In this document: positions 37,773 through 50,479 of the stretch, piece by piece
Layout: every line of letters starts with the position of its first letter
Position numbering within the stretch: position 1 is the stretch's first letter
Source of the DNA: Felis catus
Lineage: Eukaryota
Assembly (NCBI RefSeq): GCF_018350175.1
Contig: NC_058368.1
Coordinates: forward strand, 16,742,001-16,806,000
Direction of reading: 5' to 3'
DNA length: 64,000 nt
Translations under genes and position numbers: made by a program
The notes under the pieces: model-generated
Databases searched by the model: none
Told to the model about the DNA's origin: nothing
Seen by the model: only the letters and a program-made list of their open reading frames with translations

Positions 37773-39745
37773 CCTGACTCTTCTCACTGAATAATACCCT
37801 AGCTCCTTTCATTCGAGGGAAGGTTGATAACTGTGTTAGTTTCTGTCTCCTAAAACCTGAAGTCCTCCAAAGACATAAAAATGAAAATGGAGGCCTTTAG
37901 AGGTCAGGTGAATGATCTCAATAGTGCAGATTCATGCCAAGCAGTCTTCAACTGTGTATGCAGAGTGCATGGTGGGTCTTACAGAAGAGCAGTAAAGGTT
38001 GCCTCTCATCGTTGGCAAGTTCCTGTCGGAACTCCAAAAGCAATTTTTCCTATAAGGGATTTTGGCAAACTTTAAAAATGATGTGAGAAAGCCCTTGGTG
38101 AGGGAACATAGTGGTCTCGATGAATGCTCCCAAAGCTCTTGATCGGAAATAGAGCATAGATGTGCTCACTAATTCTGAAACCACCTGCCAGAGAGACCCT
38201 CTTCACATAAACTTACCATAGGAGATATGCTGTTTAGAATACAGTGTGTTTCACATCAGTGTGTCAGAGTTCTGCAAAAAGTTGCTCGTTTGCCTGCTTC
38301 CTTTGGAGACAGATTTTTCAAGATTTTGCAGTTGAACATTCTTTTGCATACTCTAGTTTTATCCTTTAGCATCTGTAAACTGAGAACTTTACTCATAGTC
38401 ATGATTGTATGAAATATTGATATCCTATTAAAAAGATCCCCCCAAATAAAGATAAACGAACATTTAGGCTCCTAACTGAAATTTGTGCAAGTTCCAATTA
38501 AAAAGTAACTGAGCGGAGAGGAACGCTGTATCGAAGAATCAACTCTCTTTTGGAATAATGAATGCCATATCCTGAAATGACATTTTTAGACAGTAATAAA
38601 ACACATTACTAGAAGTTAACTGTGGTCTTTTGGATCAGGCTCTCGCTCCTCCTTGCCATGGCATCAGCAGTGAGCCTCAGGCAGAAGGGAGCTGTGAGGA
38701 TATGCGTGGAGTGCCCATCTTGTCCTGTGTGCCCCATATTCCACTAATCAGCACTGATCATGGTCTCATCTTTTTTTTTTTTCTTCAGGGTCTAGAATAG
38801 AGATCCTTGCCTAATAAACCCAAAGAAGCTCTATGTGGGAAAAAAATGCAACGAAAACAAACACATCACAGTAAGACTGCTGAAAAGAAAGAAATGAAAC
38901 CATTTCAAAAGCTGCAGTTGAATCAATATATTAGTATTTATTTCAATGCTTCTGGCAATAAAATCTCTCTGCTTTTGTTTGTCTGACCTTGTTTCTATTC
39001 CTAGGGTTTACTGGGTATGGTATTCTATATGGGCAGTTACTTCCTTTCAACTTTTCGAAGACATCATTCTGTTTTCACTAGTCTTACATTGTGTCTGCTG
39101 GGAAGTGAGCTCTTTTATTGTCACTCCTTTGGAGTTTATGACACATCTTTGCTCTGTTGCTAGTCTGGTATAGCGACTACAGTATTACTTTCCTCCTCAG
39201 AAGATCATTCTAGTAACTTTGTATCGAGCCCTGAAAACCGCCCAGGACTTTTCTCCACACTTTATCAAACACTTAAGCAAGCTCATTTCAGTTCATAAGG
39301 CAAGGTGAAGCAATTTCTGTTTCTTTGAAGTTACTTAAAAAATTTGTTTTGGTCTACGAAATGCTTCTTGTTCGATATTTGAGTATAAGATGCTACATAG
39401 TTTTTTCTATTATTCTTTCTGAGACTATCACAGGTTTCCTCTTCATAAACCATAAACTGGGAAATATGGAAATGGAAGTATTTTTAGAAGCATAAGAAAG
39501 TGGAAAAGATAACTTTTCCCATTTTATTGCAGGTATAGTAGAAACTCTTTCTTGGGGTAAGTTTGCCTCAGGTGAAGTGGCAAAAGCGAACCTAGGAGGC
39601 ACTATCTTTCAGGTGGAGTGATTATTTGCCTTCTTTTTAGGAGAGCTAGGTATCCACTCTTCTAGTCTCTGTAAGGGCACTCAATTTATGCTCGTAATGG
39701 AGCTAATAATGGTGGTAAAAAAATATTACAACGACAAAGACATTT

Positions 39746-39922
39746 GAGGAATTTGGATGGCTCAGTCAGTTGAGCATCTGAATTTGGCTCAGATCATGAT
39801 CTCAGGGTTCGTGAGTTCGATCCCCGTGCGGCTGTCAGTGCAGAGCCCGCTTCAGATCTGTCTCCCCCTCTCTTTGCCCCTCCCCTGCTGGCTCACAAAA
39901 ACAAATAAACATTTAAAAAAAA
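39746..39922 (+). mobile_element. Can-SINE (degenerate)
   Basis: ggatggctcagtcagttgagcatc..tcatgatctcagggttcgtgagttcg. Confidence 0.85.
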
Positions 39923-41252
39923 TTATGAAGAAATTGGAAATAAAAATAAGAGGGAAAGAACCAGCTTATGTAACTGTATGCTTGGTGGAGTCATTTTCCG
40001 AGGTAAAACAAAACAAACCAACCCCATCTCACCCCCCACCCCCCAAAAAGACAAGTACTGACATGTTTTCAATTAGTATTAGTTTTTTAAGAGGAAGAGA
40101 ATGAGTATTTATTTTGGACCAGATTTATTTGAATTGCCTCTGGGACAATCAGGAGTTGAGTCCAGAAAAAAAAAAAAATGTTGGTCCCAATTGAGTAAAA
40201 TCTAGGATTTCATTTTAGTCAGCATATAGGTAAAAGGCAGTGGCATGGTTTCGGTTTCCCTAGAGGAGTCTGCATTTAAAAATTTGAGGAGAAAAGAAAA
40301 GAAAAAAAAAAGGAGAAGAGAAAAAGAGATTCCTGGTGGGAGCAGAAGAATGGTGTCAAAGCACGACGTTGAAGAGAGGAGACAAGAGGAAAATAATTAA
40401 GCTGGTCTCAGAAGAACACATAGAAATTAGTTTCAGTTGCAATTTGGAAAGTTTAATCAGGATCATGCCATGTAATAGATAATGAGAACATGAAAGGAGT
40501 TCTTTAATAAAAGCAGATTACCATTAACTGGTAAAGTCCGTCCAAACAGACCTGTCTCTGCAGTAGCATTATTAGTGTGGCTTGAGGTATGAACAGGATG
40601 CGAGGAAGGAGAGAGATCCAAAATGGAGCACTGTGTCGAGCAGTTTAATTACAACATAAAGATTAGACATTGGCTAACGATGAAGTGGAGAAACAAGGTT
40701 GAGTGATTTTTCTTTGTTTTGGTATATTTTTTAAATATTTTTGAAGCAAAGTGTAGATCTACATAAGGTCTATGATTTTCCTACCATCCACACTGTGTGA
40801 CCCAAGTCTAGTGTCCACTCATACCTAGGTGACCGCCTCCAGTTTCTCACCAATGTCAGTCACAGTCAATCAGTCAGTTTGGTTTCCTTCTTTTGGTATC
40901 GCATTCCTTTCCATTGGTTTAGAAATACGCAAAGCATTTCAGGTAATATTCTTTGGTAAATGTGGTCTCGTTGATTCTCAACCTACACTCTAGCCTTACA
41001 ATTATGCCCCCATCAAAGAGTAGCTTAATATAAAATAATCAAAGAAGGAAAGAGGTCTGACCCTTATTATAGTCCCAGTCCTGCCCAAGACCCTATGCAA
41101 GCTTAGGCAAAGTATAACCTCTCTAAACATCAATTTATTCATCTTGAAAAACAATAGCCACAAGCAAACAAGAATGTTGGATTACATATATGAAAGAAAT
41201 CTCAGATTTTTTTTCAGTATGAAATTCTAACAGTCTATTAAGAAATTATCTC

Positions 41253-41473
41253 GGGGCGCCTGGGTGGCGCAGTCGGTTAAGCGTCCGACTTCAGCCAGGT
41301 CACGATCTCGAGGTCCGTGAGTTCGAGCCCCGCGTCAGGCTCTGGGCTGATGGCTCGGAGCCTGGAGCCTGTTTCCGATTCTGTGTCTCCCTCTCTCTCT
41401 GCCCCTCCCCCGTTCATGCTCTGTCTCTCTCTGTCCCAAAAATAAATAAAAAACGTTGAAAAAATTAAAAAAA
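41253..41473 (+). mobile_element. Young felid Can-SINE (SINEC_Fc type)
   Basis: ggggcgcctgggtggcgcagtcggttaagcgtccgacttcagccaggtcacg; TSD aaattatct. Confidence 0.97.
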
Positions 41474-42374
41474 TTATCTAAAGTACTCTCGGATTGCCCC
41501 TGTGTTGTACCTAATGAAAACATAAATCACATTGTTTTCCATGGAGGCCATATGGAGTGCTAGTAACAATTAAGTGTTTACATGCAATTACATTTTATGT
41601 TTTGTTACGAGTTTACTTGATAGCTGGATCCTCGGTCAGAGACCTTGGTCTAATTTATGCTTGCTTACACTGAAGTTTATTTATGGCACTGAATAAATGA
41701 TAGTGTAACAACACATTTGAAAATATCTGCTTCAGAGACAAGAGTTATTGCATGAATTTGCATTTTTCTTTCTAAAATTTGGATAAATGTAAGTATTTAT
41801 GGAAAGAACAAATGTTACGTGTTGGCTCTAAGATCTGTCTTTGGTATGTACTAGGGTGTTTATCCTTCATGTTACCTTGATGCTGAGTTCTTTTCGAAGA
41901 GTTGTAGGGTGATTTATGAGGCAGATATGAAAGCAATGTTGACTCAGTTACATTTTCTATAATTTTTCCTGGTAGTTTGCAAAGAAAAAACAAAAACAGC
42001 TAACTCAAGCCAAATTCTAAAATTGTGACAGCCTGTGAAGAAAATTAGTGATTAATTATAATTCAGATTTACAAGACTATTTGTTTTTGAATGAAATAGA
42101 TTTCCACTAAAATGTAAACCAGGATCAACCCCAAAATTTTTTTTGATGTGTGTTTTATAAAGAAAATAATTGTTACAATTTCTAAAACCTTTGGCTGGGA
42201 GATCTATAGTGAAAAAAATCTGAAAGTGGTATTTATAACTAAAAATAAAACTCAAAAGCTTAATTTCCAATGCTTTCTCTTCCAGAAATCTCAATTGTAT
42301 TCTCTCAATTGCAATACAAATTAAAATATTTCTTTTTGTGAGGCACCCAGTGTTTTTTTGAAAGGAAAATGAGC

Positions 42375-42587
42375 TTTTATTTATTTTTTTTTAATTTTTA
42401 AAGTTTATTTATTTTGAGAAAGAGAGCAGAGGAGGAGCAGAGAGAGAGGGAGAGAGAGAATCCCAGGCAGGCTCTGTGCTGTCAGCATGGAGCCTGATGT
42501 GGAGCTCGAACTCATGAACTGTGAGATCATGTCCTGAGCCAAAACCGAGAGTCAAACGCTTAACTGACTGAGCCACCCTTGCACCCT
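42375..42587 (-). mobile_element. Can-SINE
   Basis: Reverse body; TSD gaaaatgagctttta. Confidence 0.93.
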
Positions 42588-42619
42588 GAAAATGAGCTTT
42601 TAGTCTAAGTACACAATAA

Positions 42620-42800
42620 GGGGCACTAATCCTGGCTTTGCCACGTATCAGGTGAGGGACTGTTGAAGGCACTTGGCCACTCAAGTTTACAGCTTCCTCG
42701 TGCATAAACATAAATAATATTCTTACTCAATGGGATTATTGCATTGGTGAGCGGTGCTCTGTTTCTAAAGCATCTGTGGTAGAAATCGGCACCTAACATG
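42620..42800 (+). mobile_element. MIR SINE (degenerate)
   Basis: aatcctggctttgccacgta..cagcttcctcgtgcataaa..taaagcatc..ggcacctaa. Confidence 0.5.
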
Positions 42801-42985
42801 CTGGGTCATGCTGGTTTCTTCCACCTTTCAGTTCTTTTGTACCCCAAATTCTCCTCTCAACCTAACCTCATGGGATGTAGACTTCCTCTCATTTTCATTG
42901 CTTCTGCTGTCACGTATCGGTTAAATATATTATTATAAAAACCAAGACTATTTAGCAACATGTCAGCATGCATCAGATGAAAAAG

Positions 42986-43200
42986 AGGTGAGCGTGGGTG
43001 GCTCAGTTGGTTAAGCGTCTGGCTCTTGATCTTGGCTCAGGTTATGATCTCACAGTTTGTGAGCTCGAGCCCCATAGCGGGCTCTGTGCTGATGACATAG
43101 AGCCTACTTGGGATTCTGTCTCTCCTTCTCTCTGCCCCTCTCCTTGGTTGGTCTCTGTCTCTCTCTTTCCCTCTCAAAATAAATAAGTGAACTTAAAAAA
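42986..43200 (+). mobile_element. Can-SINE
   Basis: gggtggctcagttggttaagcg; TSD agatgaaaaagag. Confidence 0.92.
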
Positions 43201-43423
43201 ATTCAAAGATGAAAAAGAGATAATGCCTGGATTTCTGATGTCGATGTGGATGAGACACAGAATGAGGGAATTTGTAATGGTGGCCTGTTTAGGGTGTTAA
43301 GATACTGGTAATATTTGTTATTTATAATTTTAACACCCTGACGTCACAGTAAATACATGGTTTAATCCTTACCATCCAATGAGAAACTCAGAGAAGGAAG
43401 CCTGTTCTTAAGACCAAACGACT

Positions 43424-43655
43424 GGGGGGGGGGGGGGGGTGCCTGAGAGGCTCAGTCAGCCAAGTGACCAACTCTTGATTCTGGCTCAAGTTATTATCTT
43501 GTGGTTTGTGGGATTCAAGCCCCATGTTGGGCACTGCTCTGACAGAGCAGAGCCTGCTTAGGATTCTCTCTCTCTTTCTCTTTCGGCCACTTCCCCACTC
43601 CCATATGCATGTGCTCTCTCTCTCTCTCTCAAAATAAATAAATTTAAAAAAAAAC
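43424..43655 (+). mobile_element. Can-SINE with an expanded 5' G-run
   Basis: About 16 G then tgcctgagaggctcagtcag; CT linker; A tail. Confidence 0.88.
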
Positions 43656-45120
43656 AACAAAATGACTGAGATATACAGAAGTAGGTAATTTAGTGCTACA
43701 GAGACATAGTAGTGTTATTCCATAAATGTAAAAATCAGAGATTATGGGATCTATTATGGAAGACTTCATAAATGAAATGAGTTTGAGATAAATTTTATGG
43801 AATGAAAGATATTCTTGTAGTGTAAAGAGCAATGACAAATTTATTCAGAAGCCCTCATTGTTACTGTGCTTGGAAAAGTTCTGGCAGAAAAATCCCATGT
43901 CTTGGAGAATGTTCGCTGCTGGCCTTGTGGCCTATAGGCTAAATCTCAGTGTAAAATGGGGGAAAAAAGTAGGAAAAGTTCACAATAGGATCATTTTACC
44001 AAATTCATTAAAAAACCCCACAAAACTTTCTTTTCCTTGGTTTTAGCTCACTGTTGAGTCACACACAGTCTGTTGTTCATAAAATGTTTCATTTTCTTTC
44101 AATTTCTCTTGTTATTTCTTATATTTAATGCCACCTTTACATGAATAGCAATTGCTGGCTATGAAATGAATGTGACAGTCCCCTCAGACACAACAGACTT
44201 TTCCGCAGCTGTGATTAATGCTGAATGATTCACTGATGTTAGATGTAGTACCTATTAATTAATATCTTTCCTGTGAGGTTAACTCCATGGAGGAAAAGCA
44301 AAGCAGTAGTTAGCCTTCAAGTGCTTTTTTGTTTGTTTGTTTGCTTGTTTGTTTTTCCCCAGAAACCAATAAACTAAACTCTAATTAAAATTGTGATGCA
44401 AGGTGATATTTTTCATGGCGACTGTCGATTCCATTTCTATACCCTTTTTGTTGTGCCTCCAGGACTAAGGGAGGGTGGCCTTTTCCAGTAGGCTATCGAA
44501 GCAACACCATTATTTCAAACTCTCCTCTCTTGCATCAGAATGCATGACTCTATGTTCACTTGCTCTATCATTCTACTTCACAAAGAGCTAATATTTAAAC
44601 GACGGTATCAAAACTGGGGATGAGATTTTATTTATTCCATGGGAGAGCATCTCATTAATTCAATAACTGTCATATAATTTTCTAATATATTTTCACTCGG
44701 CAAACATTGAGCATTTAGAATGCATGAGAATAAAACCAACTCAGGAAACGCAAAGAGGAATATTACATATTCCCTGACTTCATTGAGCACAAAACGCTGT
44801 AGAAGGAAATATTTGTGAACAGGTTAACTATATTATAATATGAGCAGTAATGGGGTTATACAAAAAGACTGTGGGAGACAGAAGAATGAATGTCTCCATC
44901 TGTATCATTTCAATATTTTTAGGTGCATGTGTGTGAGAACCGTGGGTACCTAAGTAATCCTGAAGGGTCAGAACTGGGCTGGTGTGAGGATGTTCCCCCA
45001 ATGTAGGTGAGCAGCTAATCAATCAGTACAGTATTATCCTTGCCAAATAGTATAGTTTTCACATCTTATACTTTAAAAATTAGTATAAACCAAGTGTTAT
45101 TGAGACCATAATTGTGTTGC

Positions 45121-45353
45121 TTTCTTTTTTTTAAGAGTTTTTTAATGTTTATTTTTTTAATGTTTATTTATTTTAAGAGAGAGAGTGAGCAGAAGAGGGG
45201 CAGAGAAAGAGAGGGAAAGAAAGAATCCCAAACAGGCCTCACGCTGTCAGCACAGAGTCTGATGTGGGGCCTGAACCCACGAACCGTAAGGTCCTGACCT
45301 GAGCCAAAATCAGGAGTCGGATGCTTAACTGACTGAACCACCCAAGTGACCCC
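45121..45353 (-). mobile_element. Can-SINE
   Basis: Reverse body; first of two tandem copies. Confidence 0.9.
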
Positions 45354-45354
45354 A

Positions 45355-45517
45355 TGTCTATTTATTTTTGAGAGAGAGAGTGCAAGCAGGGAGGTCCAGA
45401 GAGAGAAGGGACACAAGATCCAGAGTGGGTTCTGCACTGAGAGCAATGATCACGAAACACGAGATCATGACCTGAGCCAAAGTCCGAGGCTCAACCTACT
45501 GAACCACCCAGGTGCCC
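45355..45517 (-). mobile_element. Can-SINE (internally deleted)
   Basis: gagatcatgacctgagccaaagtccgagg..aaccacccaggtgccc. Confidence 0.88.
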
Positions 45518-45734
45518 TCCCATTAATCATATCCAACCACATAACTTTTAAAAGACTTTTATTATTGGAATGTTTGCATGGTTGACCAAAGGTAAAAACG
45601 AAGCCTAGGAGAAATGGACTGGCATTGGTTCCTCTGAGACATCCTTTAGTACTCAGAGCATATGCAAATTTGGAATTGCTCTCTGGTTAGAAAGTTACTG
45701 AATAGATTTCTGCATTAAAAAATGGACTATTTCT

Positions 45735-45859
45735 GGGGTTCCTGGGTGGCTCAGTCAGTTGAGCATCCAACTCTTGATTTTGGCTCAGGTCATGATCCCA
45801 GGATCATGGGGTGGAGCCCAGCATCCAGCTCCACACTGAGTGTGGAGCCTGCTTGGGAT

Positions 45860-45902
<43 letters not shown>

Positions 45903-45975
45903 CTCCTCCTCCTCCTCTGCCCTTCTTCCCTGCTTGCATGTGCCCTCTCTCTCTCTCTCTCTCTCACTTTTTTTA
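45735..45975 (+). mobile_element. Can-SINE with an expanded (CT)n(CCT)n linker
   Basis: ggggttcctgggtggctcagtcag head; compound microsatellite at 45864-45965. Confidence 0.92.
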
Positions 45976-46386
45976 AAAAGGACCATTTCGAAAAGAAGAC
46001 AAGAAACTATAGGTAAACTTTGAAAAGGAAAATCCATAAAATGTTGCCTTTTTGTCAGTGTAATTTTCACTTTTTGTGGAAATTGCAATGTTAAAAGCAA
46101 GGCTTAGTCACTGATCCCCTGACTTGCCCCACCTTTCAGTGTACCAGAACCACTGGTTGAAATCCATTCTCCCATGTATTGGATTATGAATACTGAATGG
46201 GGATTTTCTTTATTTTACTATCAAAGGTTCTATTTCATGGCTTTTTAATTTGTGGGAATTTTGAAATTTCCTTTGTTTTAATAATCTAAGTGGTCATATT
46301 TCTTTGGGTAGCCTTTTGACCCAAGGAAGTCTCAAAACCATCAGAAATCTGAATCTACCTCTTATCATATAAGTCATTAAGAATTA

Positions 46387-46618
46387 GGGGCGCCTGGGTG
46401 GCTCAGTCAGTTGGGCATCCGACTTCGGCTCAGGTCATGATCTTGCGGTCCGTGAGTTTGAGCCCCGCGTCCGGCTCTGTGCTGACAGCTCAGAGCCTGG
46501 AGCCTGTTTCAGATTCTGTGTCTCCCTCTCTCTCTGACCTTCCCCCATTCATGCTCTGTCTCTGTCTCAAAAATGAATAAATGTTAATAAATAAATAAAT
46601 AAATAAATAATAAAAAAA
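46387..46618 (+). mobile_element. Can-SINE
   Basis: ggggcgcctgggtggctcag head, (TAAA)n tail; TSD aagaatta. Confidence 0.95.
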
Positions 46619-47254
46619 GAATTAAACAAATAAGAGAGAGACAACTAAGACTAATAGTCGACATTTTAGAATTGTGTTCCTTTTTAAATAATGAATATAG
46701 TTAGCCAGATAGAATTAATTCCCAAAGCATATTTTCTTCTTAGCACAGAATCTACCAGATGCTTACAAAGTCTTTTTATTTTTCCTTGCTGATTCACTTG
46801 TCTTTGATTTAGCAACCTTCTTATGTTTTTTTTTTTTCATTTTTCTCTTCCCAACTCATAGTATCTTGGCCACATAAAATTTTTAGCATTAAATTTCTTG
46901 TTCATTTACCCCCATTCGTACGTATATTTTATAGTCATGTATGACACAGCCATGTAATTCTGAGGTTTTATAAAAGTATAAAAACTCTTTAAATATTTGG
47001 CTTTAAAAATGAATACATTTAAACATTTGCAACATGTTATTTTAACAACTTAAGATACATAATTGTTATTTTTAAAAATACGAATGTTATTTATAATCAC
47101 AATCATTTCTCAGTACTTATAATACATATTTGCTAAATTCTATTATTTGAAAAGCCAAGTTATCTTTGTGTTTTTGTATTTTTCGGGAAAACCCACATGG
47201 TCACAATGTATCACACAAACCACACATTTTTTAATGAAGTTAATTTGCTAGTAT

Positions 47255-47460
47255 TTTTCTTCATTGAAATACAATCGACATAGAACATTATAGTAGTTTC
47301 AGGCATACAACGTAATAATCATTTGATATCTGTATATATTGTAGAATTAGTAGATATTCTAAGATGGTCACCACAATAAATGTAGTTAATATTCATCACC
47401 ACACATTGTTACAATTTTTTCTTGTGATGAGGCCTTTTAAGAGCTACCCTCCTAGCAACT
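47255..47460 (-). mobile_element. L1 3' end (L1MA9/early carnivore type)
   Basis: attgaaatacaatcgacatagaacattat..gtttcaggcatacaac..cttgtgatgag..aagagctaccctcctagcaact. Confidence 0.75.
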
Positions 47461-47861
47461 AGTATTTATGCAAAACAATTGGAAGTAGATTCATTAAATC
47501 TTGGATTTGTCTGTTTTATGTGTTTTTAAAGAATGCACTTAGGGTTTTGTTACTTTATCTCTGTTTCTTATGTCTACACTAATTTGTATGTTAATTAGCA
47601 TTCTTATATTATGGACTTAATTTGCTAGCCTTTCTCTAAAACTTTGAGTTGGACATCTTTTCTAACACATGTGTTTAAATAAAACTGATCTTTGTTAGCC
47701 TATTGTAGTTGTCAAAATATTTAAATCTTTTTATTCAGACATTTTGAAAGCCACTGTCTGAGCCACTACCCCTCAGTTCATGCAAGTCTTGGGCCGTGTA
47801 GACTACTTTCCTGGACTTTCCACCTCCACCAGACCCTGAATTGGTGTGAGACAAATCACGT

Positions 47862-48000
47862 ACTTGCCTAGGTGATGATATTTAAGGGGACTCCAAAAAA
47901 CTCAGTAATTAAGATAAAGAATATTTCACACAATATTTTAGAAAAACAAAATTGATAAAAATCCATGGAAAACAAAATATCAAAATTGTAACTTAAAATA
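47862..48000. mobile_element. MER53-like hAT fragment
   Basis: atttaagggggactccaaaaaactcagtaattaagataaa..aaaatccatgg..aacaaaatatcaaaatt. Confidence 0.6.
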
Positions 48001-48443
48001 GTCCATTATCGTTTCCTTATTTTAAGACCCTGCAACAGGAACATTCATTCCCAACTGGCTTGAAGTTCTCAGTCAGCCGGTCACCAGCTGGGTGAGTTTA
48101 TGAGTGTTGAGAAAGGCATGCAAACAGATCGAGCAACACATAGCATTAATATATATATACATATATATACACACATACACATACCTATACACACACAGTA
48201 AAACCTTGGTTTGTGAGCATAATTTGGGAAACATGCTTAGAATCCAAAGCACGTATATCAAAGCAAATTTCAAGAACCTTTGGCTCAGTTGTGATCATGT
48301 GACGTTCGCTGGGCACATACTACTCATATTGCAAGACATCGCTCTTTTATCAGGTTAAAATTTATTAGAAATGTTTGCTCATCTTGCAGAACACTCACAG
48401 AACAAGTTACTTATAATCCAAGGTTTTACTGTAATTATATATA

Positions 48444-48653
48444 TTTTTTTCAACGTTTATTTATTTTTGGGACAGAGAGAGACAGAGCATGAATGGGGGA
48501 GGGGCAGAGAGAGAGGGAGACACAGAATCGGAAACAGGCTCCAGGCTCTGAGCCATCAGCCCAGAGCCTGACGCGGGGCTAGAACTCACGGACTGCGAGA
48601 TCGTGACCTGGCTGAAGTCGGATGCTTAACCGACTGCGCCACCCAGGTGCCCC
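48444..48653 (-). mobile_element. Young felid Can-SINE (SINEC_Fc type)
   Basis: cgagatcgtgacctggctgaagtcg..ccgactgcgccacccagg; TSD ctgtaattatat. Confidence 0.97.
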
Positions 48654-49349
48654 TGTAATTATATTTTATTGTAGAACATTTATTAGCTCTTTTCCACTTG
48701 GTTTAAAATATGGGAGAATATTTTGATAAGCCTATAGATGGGCCACAACTTTTCCTTTTGCCTCAGCACAGCTCTACCTTCTAACCTGCCTTCTAATGCC
48801 AATCAATTCCCAGTGCCCTAAGAACCACCAAATTCTCACTTCCTAGACATTGCCATTTGCATTCCCCAAGCACTTTATACATATGACCCCAAGAAGCCAC
48901 TGGTAGACAACACAGAAACACCAACTATGTCACTGGTGGTCTTGCACACTGACCACAATCTCCAAAAGTCTACATAGTAAGACAGAGCCTGGCATCACTC
49001 ATAGCAGACTTTACACCCCTGGAGGAAAAAAAAAAAAAAGAAGCCTATCTGGCTTCTCCTCTTCAGTTTGGTTCTGAGAGATATTAGGAGGGACCAGAAA
49101 AGCTCATGGCTGATGTTACAGATCCACCATGGGCTTTGGCCAGCCTCCGTGGTGTCCACTACCATAATGAACATTCCAGCAACAAGAGGAAGACCACATA
49201 TACTGAAGGAGACTTTGGTGAGGTTTAGGACCATGAACATGAAGGATGTGGGCTAATGTTGAATTTCATGTTCATTTAATTGCCCTGGATCACGAAAAAC
49301 CCTCCATCATTAACCTATCATAGGTATTAACTACATTTCTACCAATGCA

Positions 49350-49535
49350 TAGAGAATTAATGCCTACACAGCACCTTCCCTATGCCAGGCATGATTCTAG
49401 ATGAACACTAACCTATTAGGATGATGTAACTCGTCATCTTCATTTTAAAGATGAAGAAACGGAAACTCTGATGGGTCATTTCACACTTGGGTGGTAGACC
49501 AACAGAACCATGTTCCCAATTATCCTCTTAAGCCA
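49350..49535 (-). mobile_element. MIR SINE
   Basis: tatgccaggcatgattctag..cattttaaagatgaagaaacggaa. Confidence 0.6.
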
Positions 49536-49758
49536 CCTGTTACCTGGCCTGAAGAATTAAATGAGAGTCGAATCCATGATTCTCAAGACACGTTAAAAAT
49601 TGGAGATACCAGTTATATAAATATTTCAGATGGTGTTGTAAGTATTATAAACTTGATGAAGCTTTTGTCAGTACAATTGTTGTTTTATAGGTAATATTTC
49701 ATTCCTTTCTGGGTGTTTTTAGGACTTCTTTATTTATCTTTAACATGTTTTTGGCTCA

Positions 49759-49981
49759 GGGGCACCTGGGTGGCTCAGTAGGTTAAGCATCCAACTTTGG
49801 CTCAGGTCATGATCTCGCAGTTTGTGGGTTTGAGTCCTGCATTGGGCTCTGTGCTGACAGCTCAGAGCCTGGAGCCTGCTTCAGATTCTGTGTCTCGCTC
49901 TCTCTCTGCCTCTCCCACTCTCATGCTCTGTCTCTCTCTGACTCTCAATAATAAATAAACATTAAAAAAAAACTTAAAAAA
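49759..49981 (+). mobile_element. Can-SINE
   Basis: ggggcacctgggtggctcag head; TSD ttttggctcag. Confidence 0.95.
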
Positions 49982-50479
49982 TGATAAATAAAACATTTTT
50001 TTGGCTCAGAAAAAAGCAGAGAGAGAATGCAATAACATCAACAATGTCATTGATTTTCAGTGAATCTTTCTCTTGAAACTATTTACCATGTAGTGATTAT
50101 CGATTTAATTTGGGGTGGTCGTGAAAGAAGTCAGTGTTGTTTTTTAAAAGAAATCATGACAAGAATGGAGGAAACACTTAGCAAAAAAAGATTCTTCAAA
50201 CACAACATCATACTAAAAATATCACTCTAAAAATCAGCAAATGGTTTGGAAATTATTAGAATTATCAATGGATGATTGCAGTATAAACTATACCACTTGG
50301 TAAGCAAATTTGAATACGTAGTTTAGTTCAGAGAATGAAAAGTAATATATATTTTAAGATCTAATTTGTATGTTGGTTTTAAGTTAGTTTAAAAATCCAA
50401 ACAAGTCATTAAACAGTTGGACTTTCACACCAGCATTAAAGGCTAAAATTTCCCTATCATATATTAAATTATCATATTC

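Noticed and set aside
38789..38870. Plus-strand exon-like segment with a strong acceptor and GTAAGA donor
   Set aside because: Stops in all three frames and partly L1-like sequence. At most a non-coding exon.
43424..43439. Long G-runs with G-quadruplex potential (also 24706-24738)
   Set aside because: Slippage expansions within SINE head or linker sequence; common and uninformative.
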